From: Pelagomonas calceolata
Lineage: Eukaryota
Direction of reading: 5' to 3'
Length of the DNA stretch: 64,000 nt
Assembly (NCBI GenBank): GCA_918797485.1
Contig: CAKKNE010000006.1
Span: forward strand, 3,348,001 to 3,412,000
Each line of letters starts with the position of its first letter. Within the stretch, counting starts at the first letter, position 1. Both the position numbers and the translations under genes were made by a program. Positions 45,366 to 54,506 of this stretch are shown one piece after another. The notes below the pieces were generated by a model. That model saw nothing but the letters and a program-made list of their open reading frames with translations, ran no database searches and was not told the DNA's origin.

Positions 45366-46541
45366 ATGGCGGCCTGCGCCGCCTCCGCCCGAGGCCTGGC
45401 AACCCACAAGAAGCCGCAGCAAGTCGTTATTGCCGGTGGAGGTGTTATTGGATGCGCGACCGCGTATTTTCTGGCGAAGGAGCACGGCATCGGGCCCACG
45501 ATCGTGGACCGCAAGAGTATAGCGGCGGCGGCGTCCGGAAATGCTGGAGGCTTCCTGGCGCGCGACTGGAACGACGGCTCGCCTACACAAGAAATGACGC
45601 ACCGGAGCTTCGATCTCCACGCGACGCTCGCCGAGGATCTCAAAAAGTACGGCGCCACCGATTATAGGAGACTGACCTGCGTCGCCGTGGGTGTGGACGG
45701 CCGCACGGCGGTGCAGAAACCAGGAGGCAAGAAACTCGAAAACGTCGACTGGGCCGACAGCGCAGGAGTGATGGGCATGAGACCGATGGGCGACGAGAGC
45801 ACGATCGCGCAGGTGCATCCCCGCAAATTGTGTGATGCCTTCGTCGCCGCTGCTAAAGATTTAGCGGGGGCGTCGGTCGTCGAGGGCTGCGCGTCTGGTT
45901 TGAGAGAGGAAGATGGTCGCGTCACGGGCCTGGAACTTTCGGATGGTACTTGTATTGAGGCCGACGCCGTCGTTTTGTGCATGGGGCCCTGGTCGCACGC
46001 GCTCGGCCGACCGAAGACTGAGAAACTAGGATTGAGGGGCGACTCCGACTATAGTGGCTGGGGCCTACAAAACTGCCCACTAGTGGTGGGCACGAAGTAC
46101 CACGCCGTGTTGCTGCAGGCGCCGCGCGTCCTGTCGCAGTCCGTCTTCTTCCAGGGTTTGGGGGATCCAGAAGTGTATCCCCGGCCGGACGGCGAGGTGT
46201 ACGTTACGGGGTCTCCTGATCCCGCGGACATCGTAAGGGACCTCCCGGGCGAGACGGAGGTGCGGGACGAGGTCTGTGACCAGCTCGTCGCGAAGATGAA
46301 TGTGCTGTCGTCGGAGCTCAAAGATGCGCCGATCAACCACAAGCAGGCGTGCCACCTGCCCTCGGCCGTCGACGGCGTGCCCGTCGTCGGGGAGTTGCGC
46401 TCCGGAGCGTATGTGGGCTACGGCCACGGCTGCTGGGGGATTTTATTGGCGCCGGCGACGGGCGAGGCTCTGGCGAATCAGATCGCCACCGGTGAATCGC
46501 CTTTCCTTGATTTGGGGCGCTTCGACCCGAGGCGGTTCTAA
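45366..46541 (+). CDS. FAD-dependent oxidoreductase, DAO family
   Basis: VVIAGGGVIG, ASGNAGGFLARDW and GHGCWGILLAPATG motifs. Confidence 0.88.
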   Translation: MAACAASARGLATHKKPQQVVIAGGGVIGCATAYFLAKEHGIGPTIVDRKSIAAAASGNAGGFLARDWNDGSPTQEMTHRSFDLHATLAEDLKKYGATDYRRLTCVAVGVDGRTAVQKPGGKKLENVDWADSAGVMGMRPMGDESTIAQVHPRKLCDAFVAAAKDLAGASVVEGCASGLREEDGRVTGLELSDGTCIEADAVVLCMGPWSHALGRPKTEKLGLRGDSDYSGWGLQNCPLVVGTKYHAVLLQAPRVLSQSVFFQGLGDPEVYPRPDGEVYVTGSPDPADIVRDLPGETEVRDEVCDQLVAKMNVLSSELKDAPINHKQACHLPSAVDGVPVVGELRSGAYVGYGHGCWGILLAPATGEALANQIATGESPFLDLGRFDPRRF

Positions 46542-46955
46542 GTCCCCTAGTTATGTGACCGCGAGTCCACGACCACGGCACGGCGGCACAAACATGGAGA
46601 GTAGGAGTGCGCGAGTTCAGCGGCGATGGCGTGTTTGGGTGGGCAGCCGCGCCGCCGGGGGGGGGCCGCTGACATTCGCTAGAGCGCTCCGAGCCCGCAT
46701 AGGCCGTCGAGGCCGTCGGGTACGAGTCCCCACAGGCCACGAGGTGATCCCGGCGGGGCGGCCGCGGAAGGGGGGGGTCCGCAACCGCCAACTGAAAAAT
46801 AACACAGGGCGCAAAACGGCAGTGCTGTGGGCCAGGTAACGGCGCACGAGGGCACGAACGCTGCCCAAGGAGGCAGAAGGCAGCCCGTCGCGTCGTCGAC
46901 GCGAAGCTGCCACACGAGACACGCCGCCGGCGACCAAGCGCCAGCCGGTAAGCCG

Positions 46956-49676
46956 ATGGGCCGCCACGGCGAACGCGAGTGGGCCCAGTGCTGCCGCCAG
47001 CTCCAGTCCGTCGTCGAGTCCGGCGCGCGGGCGGTGGGCGCCGAGGCGGGCACGTCGGCGTACGGCGTTTGGTTGTCTAGAGCTTTAGGCGACCGTAGAT
47101 TACCGAGGACCGTGCCGGCCAGTGTGAGAGATGTAGCTAAACTGTTAAAGTGCTACGGGCGGGAGTTCGGCTGGCGGTTAGGACGGCCGGAGCTCGCGAA
47201 GTGGGCCGAGGCCTTCGATAGTGATGGGGACGGGTTAGTCTCCGCGAGTGACGTCGAGACGTTCGCTCAGAGAAGGGGTGGAGCGTGGAGGGGAGGCCCC
47301 GAAGAACAAAAGGGTCCTTGGAGGGTATCGTTTGACACGGGCGACGCGGAAGCGACGGAGTTCATCTGTCTGTTGCGAGATGCGTTACGTAGCAAACAGT
47401 TGGACGCCAGTGATTTGGAGAGGTGCTTCGGCGACCGGTTCCCGAAGCCCAAGCCCAAGTCTTTTATGAGTTTGACCTGGTCGCGGCCCAAACCCATGGA
47501 GAAGCCCAAGAAACTCGCCCTCGTGAAGGCTGTCGAGGCAATAGTAGAACCCTTGTCGAGGGAGGACGCGGGGAAGGTGCAGCGGGCCGCGGGTCGGGCG
47601 TTCCGAGCCGGAGCGTTCGCTGCGGAGCGAGACGAGGTCATCCAGACGCACGGTGCCTCTGCTCTCATTGGGGAACCGCCGCCGCGAGGCGGCTTGATCG
47701 ACACGCAGGCCGTCTGTCGAGCTGTTCGTAGATCGGGCTTGGCGCCATCCGGTGGCAATGAATCCTCGACGACGGGGGACGAGAAGACCGATAATAAAGT
47801 GAGGGCGGTCCAAGGTGCTCTGCGGAGGTGGTCCCGAGCTAGAGTTCTAGCTGCGTTGCGCGCGGCTGATGCTGATAACGTCGGGAGAGTCGACGCGTCG
47901 CAGTTCCTCTCGGCGTTAGATAGACTAGACGTCTTTCCGCTCGACGGTGGGCTGGCCGCGCTGCAAACGAGTGAAGTGCGGAAGCTGTTCGTCTTCTTCG
48001 ACGATTCGGGAGAGGCGTCGTCGGCGTCCGTCGAGGAGCTCCTTGAATTCTTGCTGGACAACGCCGTGCAGACGCACTGCCATCGCTTCGCGGCGATTGT
48101 GGCGAGGGCGGCGCGCGCGGCCCAAAGATCGGGTGCCGCCGCTGATGCTGACTTAGTGAGAGAAGTCGCAGCTTACTTACGCCGCCACGATAAGAAGCGC
48201 GACGGGTCCTGCCGCCAAGCAGCTTTGGAGAAGACGTTGCACTGGACGGGAATAATACACGAGCTCCAGCCTCTAGAGGTCGAGGACTTGCTCGGGGCGC
48301 TTAAATTGGAACAGGTCACGCGGCGGGGCGAGCCCGTCGTCGACTACGCTTTGTTCCTGAGACAGGTGCTGGGGGATGATGCGTTGCAGGCGTATCCCGA
48401 GCGAGGCGTCGTGAATCGGGGCCCGGGGACCTCGCGGAAGGAACGGCCGACGACGGCTCGTAGGAGGCGCTACGACTCCGACGATAGTGAGGAAGAGGAG
48501 GAGCCGAGAAGGCGACGCGGCGATCCGACGAAGAAGCTCGCGAATGTTTCTCGGAAACTGGAACGGTCTGGCTCGTCCCTAGCGGAGTTCCTCGAAGAAG
48601 GTGCCAAGAGGGGCAATCTGACGGCGCGCCAGTTCTCGCGATGTCTGGAGGACGTGGCGCAAGAATTGGATGTGGACGAAGTGCTGAGTAGGCGAGACGT
48701 GGACTCTATTCTGAATGACGTCGGGGACGGCCGCCGCATAAGAGTGGAGGATTTGTTGGAGGCGTGCGGTTTGGACGGCTATGATGAGAACGACGACTAT
48801 CCTACCACCAGTAAAAAGTACCCGCGGACGCCAGGCCTAGCGAGGACGCCGGCGCGGTTCCGCGACGATTCGGACGACGACGACGATGAACCACGTACAA
48901 GGCGCACTTCAAGGAAGCCTACCACGGCCGTGAAGGATCGGAAGTTGACCGAGGTCCAGCACCGCGTCCGCGCGGCGCTACGGCAGTGCAAGGTGCGGCA
49001 TGGCTCTTCCTATGATCTTAATAGGGCTTTTGACCGCCTAGACAGATCGGGACGAGGCGTCGTGTCCGCGTCGGACTTCGATCGCGTGTTATCCACATTG
49101 GGCGTGGACCGAGACGACGCGCGCAAGCTCCGGAAGCGCTTCGACCGGTTTGGCAGTGTGGACTATGCTGATTTCTGTCGCTTCGTGGAGGCTGACGTTG
49201 ATGGCCTAAGGTTCGCGGCGTCGAAGATCGCTGATAAGTTAGCGGAACAGCAGAGGAAGGGTCTTGATGTGTTGCTGCCGTTCCAGATGGCCGATAGTGG
49301 CGACCACGGCATCGTGCCGGCGCGCGACTTCCAGGACGCGTTGCGAGCGTTAGATCTGGGAGACCTGCAGGATGCTGATAGGAGAGAGTTAGCTGCTGCG
49401 TTCGCGCCTAGTGGCGATCCGGACGCCGTCGATTACCGAGAATTTCTCAAGTTTGTGAGGGACGCGGGCGGCCACATGGAGTCGACGGGGCCGTCGGCGA
49501 CGCCGCGACTCGTCGATGCGTCCTCCAAGGCCTACGACGGGTTTTATGGAGGTGCATCTTCGGACGACGAGTACGATCGGCCGCGGCGCCGGAACCCGCC
49601 GCGGTCGCCGGTCACGCGGCAGCGGCGGACGCTGTTCCAGGGCGACTCGGCGCCGGAGACGGCGTGGCGCGCGTGA
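46956..49676 (+). CDS. Multi-EF-hand protein
   Basis: DSDGDGLVSASD, DADNVGRVDASQ, DRSGRGVVSASD and DSGDHGIVPARD loops. Confidence 0.78.
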   Translation: MGRHGEREWAQCCRQLQSVVESGARAVGAEAGTSAYGVWLSRALGDRRLPRTVPASVRDVAKLLKCYGREFGWRLGRPELAKWAEAFDSDGDGLVSASDVETFAQRRGGAWRGGPEEQKGPWRVSFDTGDAEATEFICLLRDALRSKQLDASDLERCFGDRFPKPKPKSFMSLTWSRPKPMEKPKKLALVKAVEAIVEPLSREDAGKVQRAAGRAFRAGAFAAERDEVIQTHGASALIGEPPPRGGLIDTQAVCRAVRRSGLAPSGGNESSTTGDEKTDNKVRAVQGALRRWSRARVLAALRAADADNVGRVDASQFLSALDRLDVFPLDGGLAALQTSEVRKLFVFFDDSGEASSASVEELLEFLLDNAVQTHCHRFAAIVARAARAAQRSGAAADADLVREVAAYLRRHDKKRDGSCRQAALEKTLHWTGIIHELQPLEVEDLLGALKLEQVTRRGEPVVDYALFLRQVLGDDALQAYPERGVVNRGPGTSRKERPTTARRRRYDSDDSEEEEEPRRRRGDPTKKLANVSRKLERSGSSLAEFLEEGAKRGNLTARQFSRCLEDVAQELDVDEVLSRRDVDSILNDVGDGRRIRVEDLLEACGLDGYDENDDYPTTSKKYPRTPGLARTPARFRDDSDDDDDEPRTRRTSRKPTTAVKDRKLTEVQHRVRAALRQCKVRHGSSYDLNRAFDRLDRSGRGVVSASDFDRVLSTLGVDRDDARKLRKRFDRFGSVDYADFCRFVEADVDGLRFAASKIADKLAEQQRKGLDVLLPFQMADSGDHGIVPARDFQDALRALDLGDLQDADRRELAAAFAPSGDPDAVDYREFLKFVRDAGGHMESTGPSATPRLVDASSKAYDGFYGGASSDDEYDRPRRRNPPRSPVTRQRRTLFQGDSAPETAWRA

Positions 49677-50248
49677 TGCGTCTTCCTTTCCTTTTTGGGG
49701 TACTAAGGACTCTTCAATGGGGCTTTGCTTCGCTATCCCGTCACGATTCCCGTGTGCGGTCCCGTCCCGCTCCGAGCGCGCGTTGTACTTCTAGTAACCT
49801 ATGCGCTTCCCGGCCCCGGGCGCCGCCGGGAACCGTCCGGGAGGGCTTCCTGGAGCCTTTTTGGTCTGCTTGCCTCGGAGCCGCCCGTCGATGCTCTCGA
49901 CTCAATCTCCAATCTCACAGCCACCAGTCGTTAGCACTGATCAACTTCAACCGCAAACGCGCGTTCGCCGCGGCGTCAGAAGCTCGCGAGAGCCCTTTTA
50001 TTCGTGTCCGCGTTGGCTGTTCGAGTCGCGCGCGTTGAGGCCTCAAACTCGCACTCCTTCACTGCTTTCAGCTAATTCCTGAGTCCGCGGCGACGAGTTT
50101 GAGTCGTAGCGAGACGCGGGGTGCGAGCCTTGGCGCTGTCGCCGCCGCGACGAGAGAAAATTCGGGGCTTTGCGCGAGCACGCGTCGCGCGCGGGCCCGG
50201 CACGCGGTCGTTCGCACAGGCTCTTCATCCCTAGACAACACAAGCACA

Positions 50249-51154
50249 ATGTCCGCCCTCGACGAAGAATCAACCCTCCTCCGCGGCAACGCCGCCCCGA
50301 AGTACCGCACGAACCTGATCGTCGGGGCGCTCGCCGCGGCGAGCTTCATGTTCGGCGTTGGGGTCGCGACCACGCTGGACCGCAACGCGGCACGCGCGAC
50401 CCGCCTCGACATCGCCGCTCAGGCCGGCATCGTCGTCGAAGATTACGTTCCGACGGTCACTGACAAAGCTGGAGATTACATAAACGACCCGTCGTCCATT
50501 CCCGTCGAGGACGTTGTTGACACCGTACAGCCTATCGTTGAGAAGGTGATCGACAACTTCGACCCTGATGATGTTCCGAGCTGGGTCGAGCCGATCGTCA
50601 AGACCGTGAACGGCATCGTCGGCTGGATCAACGGCCTTCTCTCGGGCAATGGCGGCGAACCAGGGTGGGACGAAGACGACGAAACGAACGCGAAGGTCCT
50701 CTGCCCCGGCACCACGCTAGGAGATGACCCGTCGTCGTCCGATTACTGCGACTGCATGGGCGATTGCACGGACCCCGAGCGCTCCGCGTGGTGCTCCTGC
50801 TCGGAAGCCCAGCTCTGCTGCGCGATCCCAGAGACGAAGGACGACGACACGACCGACGACACGAGCGGCACGGGCGGCGAGTCAGACGACATGAGCGGCA
50901 TGAGCGCCGGCGACGACACGGCAGTCATGGCGATGGCGTCGCCGTCCTTGCGCAGCGCCGCCGCGAGACGCTCGCGCCGGCCGCGGTTTCGCTTCTCGGC
51001 GATGCGCGGAAAAACAAAGGCCGTCGAGTCGTTTAGAGCCCATGGGTGGAACGCGTCGGCCGCGTCCGCGGCGCACGCCAAACTCAGGAGGGCAATCATT
51101 TTTTTACTTGCTTTAAAATGTCATCACGGATCGCCGCATCGCCCTGAGAATTGA
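50249..51154 (+). CDS. Type II membrane protein with Cys-rich module; 3' end uncertain
   Basis: DEESTLL N-terminus, TM, YCDCMGDC...WCSCSEAQLCC. The last ~80 codons overlap an antisense signal-peptide ORF. Confidence 0.55.
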   Translation: MSALDEESTLLRGNAAPKYRTNLIVGALAAASFMFGVGVATTLDRNAARATRLDIAAQAGIVVEDYVPTVTDKAGDYINDPSSIPVEDVVDTVQPIVEKVIDNFDPDDVPSWVEPIVKTVNGIVGWINGLLSGNGGEPGWDEDDETNAKVLCPGTTLGDDPSSSDYCDCMGDCTDPERSAWCSCSEAQLCCAIPETKDDDTTDDTSGTGGESDDMSGMSAGDDTAVMAMASPSLRSAAARRSRRPRFRFSAMRGKTKAVESFRAHGWNASAASAAHAKLRRAIIFLLALKCHHGSPHRPEN

Positions 51155-51512
51155 GGACGGTCCCCTGGTATCCAGAGGAGCTAGACAACGGCACGCCGGT
51201 GCCCAACAAAGACGATCGAGGACAATAGAGCTAGCGTTACACAGGCACTAGCCCGCCGTCGTCGGCTTGATAAATTTTGGCAGGCTGCTATATAGGCAAG
51301 CTCGCAGCAGAGCTGCCAGCGAGTCGATTTGCTGCAGCGCGCCACCCGCCGACCATCTTTTCGCCGACCGACGCCCGCCGACGCGTGACGTCGACCACCG
51401 CTCTCCGAAAGCAATTCACCAGCTGCCGACCGCTGAAGCGCGGAGGAAGCCAAACTCACCACCAAGCTCCATCGTCCCGCTGAAGCGCGGAGACCCAAGC
51501 AATAGTCAGTAC

Positions 51513-52607
51513 ATGAGCGCGCGCAGCGGCAGCATGACCGCGCGCGAGACGAGCCCCAAGCCCGCCGAGGACAAGGCCTCGCTCCTCGAGAAAGGAGCGC
51601 CCGCGCCCGCAGCCCCACCGGCCCCGGGCGCCAAGCAGTTGTTGTTCTGCTTCATCGGCCTCCAAGCCAGTTATTTAACGTGGGGCTACGTGCAGGAAAA
51701 AGTGATGACAAAGGAGTACTCCACGGGGAGATTCCCCTCGGCGACGTTCTGCGTCTTTTCGAACCGTGTCTTAGCTGTTACCGTAGCGTGGGCGGTCACG
51801 ATGTATAAACATGGAGGCAAGTTAAATATTCCTGCACCGTTGTGGGTCTTCGCGCCTTGTGCTCTCAGTAACACGCTATCGAGTTTCGGCCAGTACCAGG
51901 CTCTCCACTACGTCTCCTTCCCTTTGCAGACCATCGCCAAGTCCACAAAGGTCATCCCCGTGATGATCATGGGAAAAGTTTTAAATAAAAAAACGTACCC
52001 CTGCGTCGATTACATCGAGGCCGTCCTGATCTGTCTAGGCGTATCACTATTCAGCTTGGCGAACGTCACCACGGACTTTTTTGGGGGAGGCACGTCCGGA
52101 GACGCCTCGTCGTACGCGGCTATGGCCGGTGTGGCCATGCTGGCCCTCTACATCGTCTCTGACTCCTTCACGAGCCAGTGGCAAAGTCGCTTGTACCAAG
52201 CCCACCCGACGGTGGACCAGTTCCAGATGATGTTCGCCGTCAACACCTGGGCCATCATCATGACGACCTTCGCCCTCGTCACGTCGGGTGAACTCTGGAT
52301 CACGCTGCAATTCATCGGAGACAACCCCATCGCGTTCCTCGACAACGTCACGATAGCCATAACCAGCGCCACAGGACAGCTCTTCATCTTCTACACGATC
52401 AAGACCTTCGGGCCCATCGTTTTCACGATCATCATGACGACGCGGCAGATGTTCTCCATCGTCCTCAGCACGGTGATATTTGGGCATGCGATCAAGCCGC
52501 TCATGGGGATGGGTGCGATTATCGTGTTCGCGACGATCTTCAACCGCATCAAGCGCCAAGCTGCCAAGCGCAAGCAGGCCGCGCCGGCGGCGCCGCCCTC
52601 CAAATAG
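51513..52607 (+). CDS. UAA-family nucleotide-sugar transporter, PAPS transporter (SLC35B2)-like
   Basis: GLQASYLTWGYVQE, QYQALHYVSFPLQTIAKSTKVIPVM, DSFTSQWQ, GQLFIFYTI and IMTTRQ motifs. Confidence 0.88.
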   Translation: MSARSGSMTARETSPKPAEDKASLLEKGAPAPAAPPAPGAKQLLFCFIGLQASYLTWGYVQEKVMTKEYSTGRFPSATFCVFSNRVLAVTVAWAVTMYKHGGKLNIPAPLWVFAPCALSNTLSSFGQYQALHYVSFPLQTIAKSTKVIPVMIMGKVLNKKTYPCVDYIEAVLICLGVSLFSLANVTTDFFGGGTSGDASSYAAMAGVAMLALYIVSDSFTSQWQSRLYQAHPTVDQFQMMFAVNTWAIIMTTFALVTSGELWITLQFIGDNPIAFLDNVTIAITSATGQLFIFYTIKTFGPIVFTIIMTTRQMFSIVLSTVIFGHAIKPLMGMGAIIVFATIFNRIKRQAAKRKQAAPAAPPSK

Positions 52608-52741
52608 ACTAACGTGATAGCATGTGTTATATTTGTCTTCTACGCGTTGCGGCGACGGCGCGCGCGTCGCGGCGATGCGTACTGGGGGTTTTAGGAGTGG
52701 TCCTCTTGCTAGCCGCCGCGGCGAGGCGAGGATGAGGGGAA

Positions 52742-53403
52742 CTACACCTCATAAAGCGCCGCGAGGTCGTGCGCCAGCCCGAGCGCCCCCACAAACAGCG
52801 TCTCGACCGCGTCCGGCTCCTCGCCAAGATCGTCGACGGCGTACTGGAGGCGGTGGCCGTGCTTCCGTATTATAGACTGGCGCCGCGCGATTTCTTCGGA
52901 CGGGATCCTCCTAAGAACGTCGAGCGCCTTGAACGTACCATTTCCATACTTTCTCTCGGAGAGCCGGACGGCCACGCCCCTGGGCACGAACCATGGAGCG
53001 ACCAGCTCGTTCTGTAACGAAAAGATCACGGGAATGCACCCGGCGAGCATCGCGTCGTAGAACCCCTTGCGGTACGGACTGTCGCCGCCCGGCTTGAAGC
53101 AAAAAATCGCGCTCCTATGTATCGTCGCGAAGCCGCACTTGTGATCCATGTCGCGCGGGTCATAAACCTGACAAGTGGCGTTGGCCGCGTCGCGGCATTC
53201 CGCGTAGACCCTGTCGCGCGTCGCGAGGCCGTACTTGCCGTGCTGCTGTCCGACGTACATGGCTAATCTAGCTCGTCTCGTAACAGATACTTGAACGAGT
53301 CGCCGCCCGTTTTGGGGACGTGGTAGAAGCACACGTCCTCGGCGCAGAGGTGGTCCTGGCGCGCGCTTACGACGACGGCCGCGAGGGCGAGGGCGCGGCG
53401 CAT
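52742..53403 (-). pseudogene. Chimeric fragment: sulfotransferase N-terminus out of frame with exostosin (GT47) C-terminus
   Basis: ATG 53403 signal peptide + FYHVPKTGG ends at a stop at 53263; another frame carries FCFKPGGDSPYRKGFYDAMLAGCIPVIF...RLQY to 52742. Confidence 0.55.
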
Positions 53404-53585
53404 GGTCTGCTCGATGGCGTGAGGGCCCTGCACTGGGCCTGCAGTGTGCTCAATGTATGTCAACTCGGCGCCTTCTGAGGCCTCATTTTTGGCCGCCGGC
53501 CAAGCGACGGATTAATTCCAAGTACTACGCGTTCCCCTTGCACGGCGGGGTCTCAAAGCTCCTAGGTAGGGGTTGCTTATGCCTG

Positions 53586-53608
53586 CTAGTGTCTTACAGC
53601 ACGGTAGC
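53586..53608 (-). promoter_or_regulatory. Recurrent intergenic motif, copy 4
   Basis: Reverse complement GCTACCGTGCTGTAAGACACTAG; lies between divergent genes. Confidence 0.45.
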
Positions 53609-53822
53609 TGCAGGTGCGCGCCGCGGCGGCATTTTTGCCATTCACCGGCATAACAGGACAAACGAGTTGTCTCTGGCACCGCACCAGTTCCGTGGCAGCG
53701 CGCTGGAAGCGTGGGAGCATCGGTGCGCCGCGGGAGATCTCGCTTGGACCATTGCGCTTCACAGCTGAGATCAGTGTGCGCGCCACGCCAGAGCCGTATC
53801 GGTAGAAAAAATACTGGCAGCA

Positions 53823-54395
53823 ATGGACAGCGAACCACCGCTGGACGGCCCCGGCGAAGAATCTCAATTGTACTGCAAACCCGTAGCCAAGAAGCCGAAG
53901 ACGACGAACGCGGCGTCCTCGGACGACGACTCGTCCGCCGACGAGGCCGGCGCGGCGGCGCCCGCCGACGCGGCGCCAGCTCCGGAGCCCATCGACGTCG
54001 ACGCGGACGACGCCAGCGACGGCGACGACCTGGACCGTTTCGGACCTAGAACGGAGGTCGACCTGCGCCTCGGCGACGCGTACGCGTCGGGCGTCGTCGT
54101 CCTCGCGCCGGAGCACGAGGCCTGGTGGAACGCGGATACGAAAAAACGGCTCGCAGACCTCGAACGCGCGGTCGCGACGCATCCGGCCCTCGCGGTGGCG
54201 CCGAAGGAGGGCGCGAAACTGCCGCGCGCGACGGTGCTCGGCGACGACCTCGAGGCCACGGTCTCCTTCGCCGCGGCGCCCGCGCCTTATCTATTACTCG
54301 TCGCCGACGCGGACGCCGGCGCGGGCGGCTACCGCCAGCTCTCCCACGACGGCTACCGCCTCACTTGCGTCGTGCGGCCGCGGTCGAGCCAGTGA
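53823..54395 (+). CDS. Hypothetical protein
   Basis: 190-aa ORF with ATG start and high GC3; no recognisable domain. Confidence 0.55.
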   Translation: MDSEPPLDGPGEESQLYCKPVAKKPKTTNAASSDDDSSADEAGAAAPADAAPAPEPIDVDADDASDGDDLDRFGPRTEVDLRLGDAYASGVVVLAPEHEAWWNADTKKRLADLERAVATHPALAVAPKEGAKLPRATVLGDDLEATVSFAAAPAPYLLLVADADAGAGGYRQLSHDGYRLTCVVRPRSSQ

Positions 54396-54506
54396 CTGAC
54401 GCGTGTGTGAAATAATGTGCCATCGAACCTGCCCGACGGCGTATGGGGGGTGTGTATTAGTCGATTCTTATAGACAAGCGCCTTGTGCGCACGGCCGGAT
54501 AGGGCC

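Noticed and set aside
43400..49450. Lower-GC patches inside genes as horizontal transfer or nucleosome-scale periodicity
   Set aside because: They occur in many ordinary genes and I cannot quantify them by eye; this needs sliding-window or periodicity analysis.
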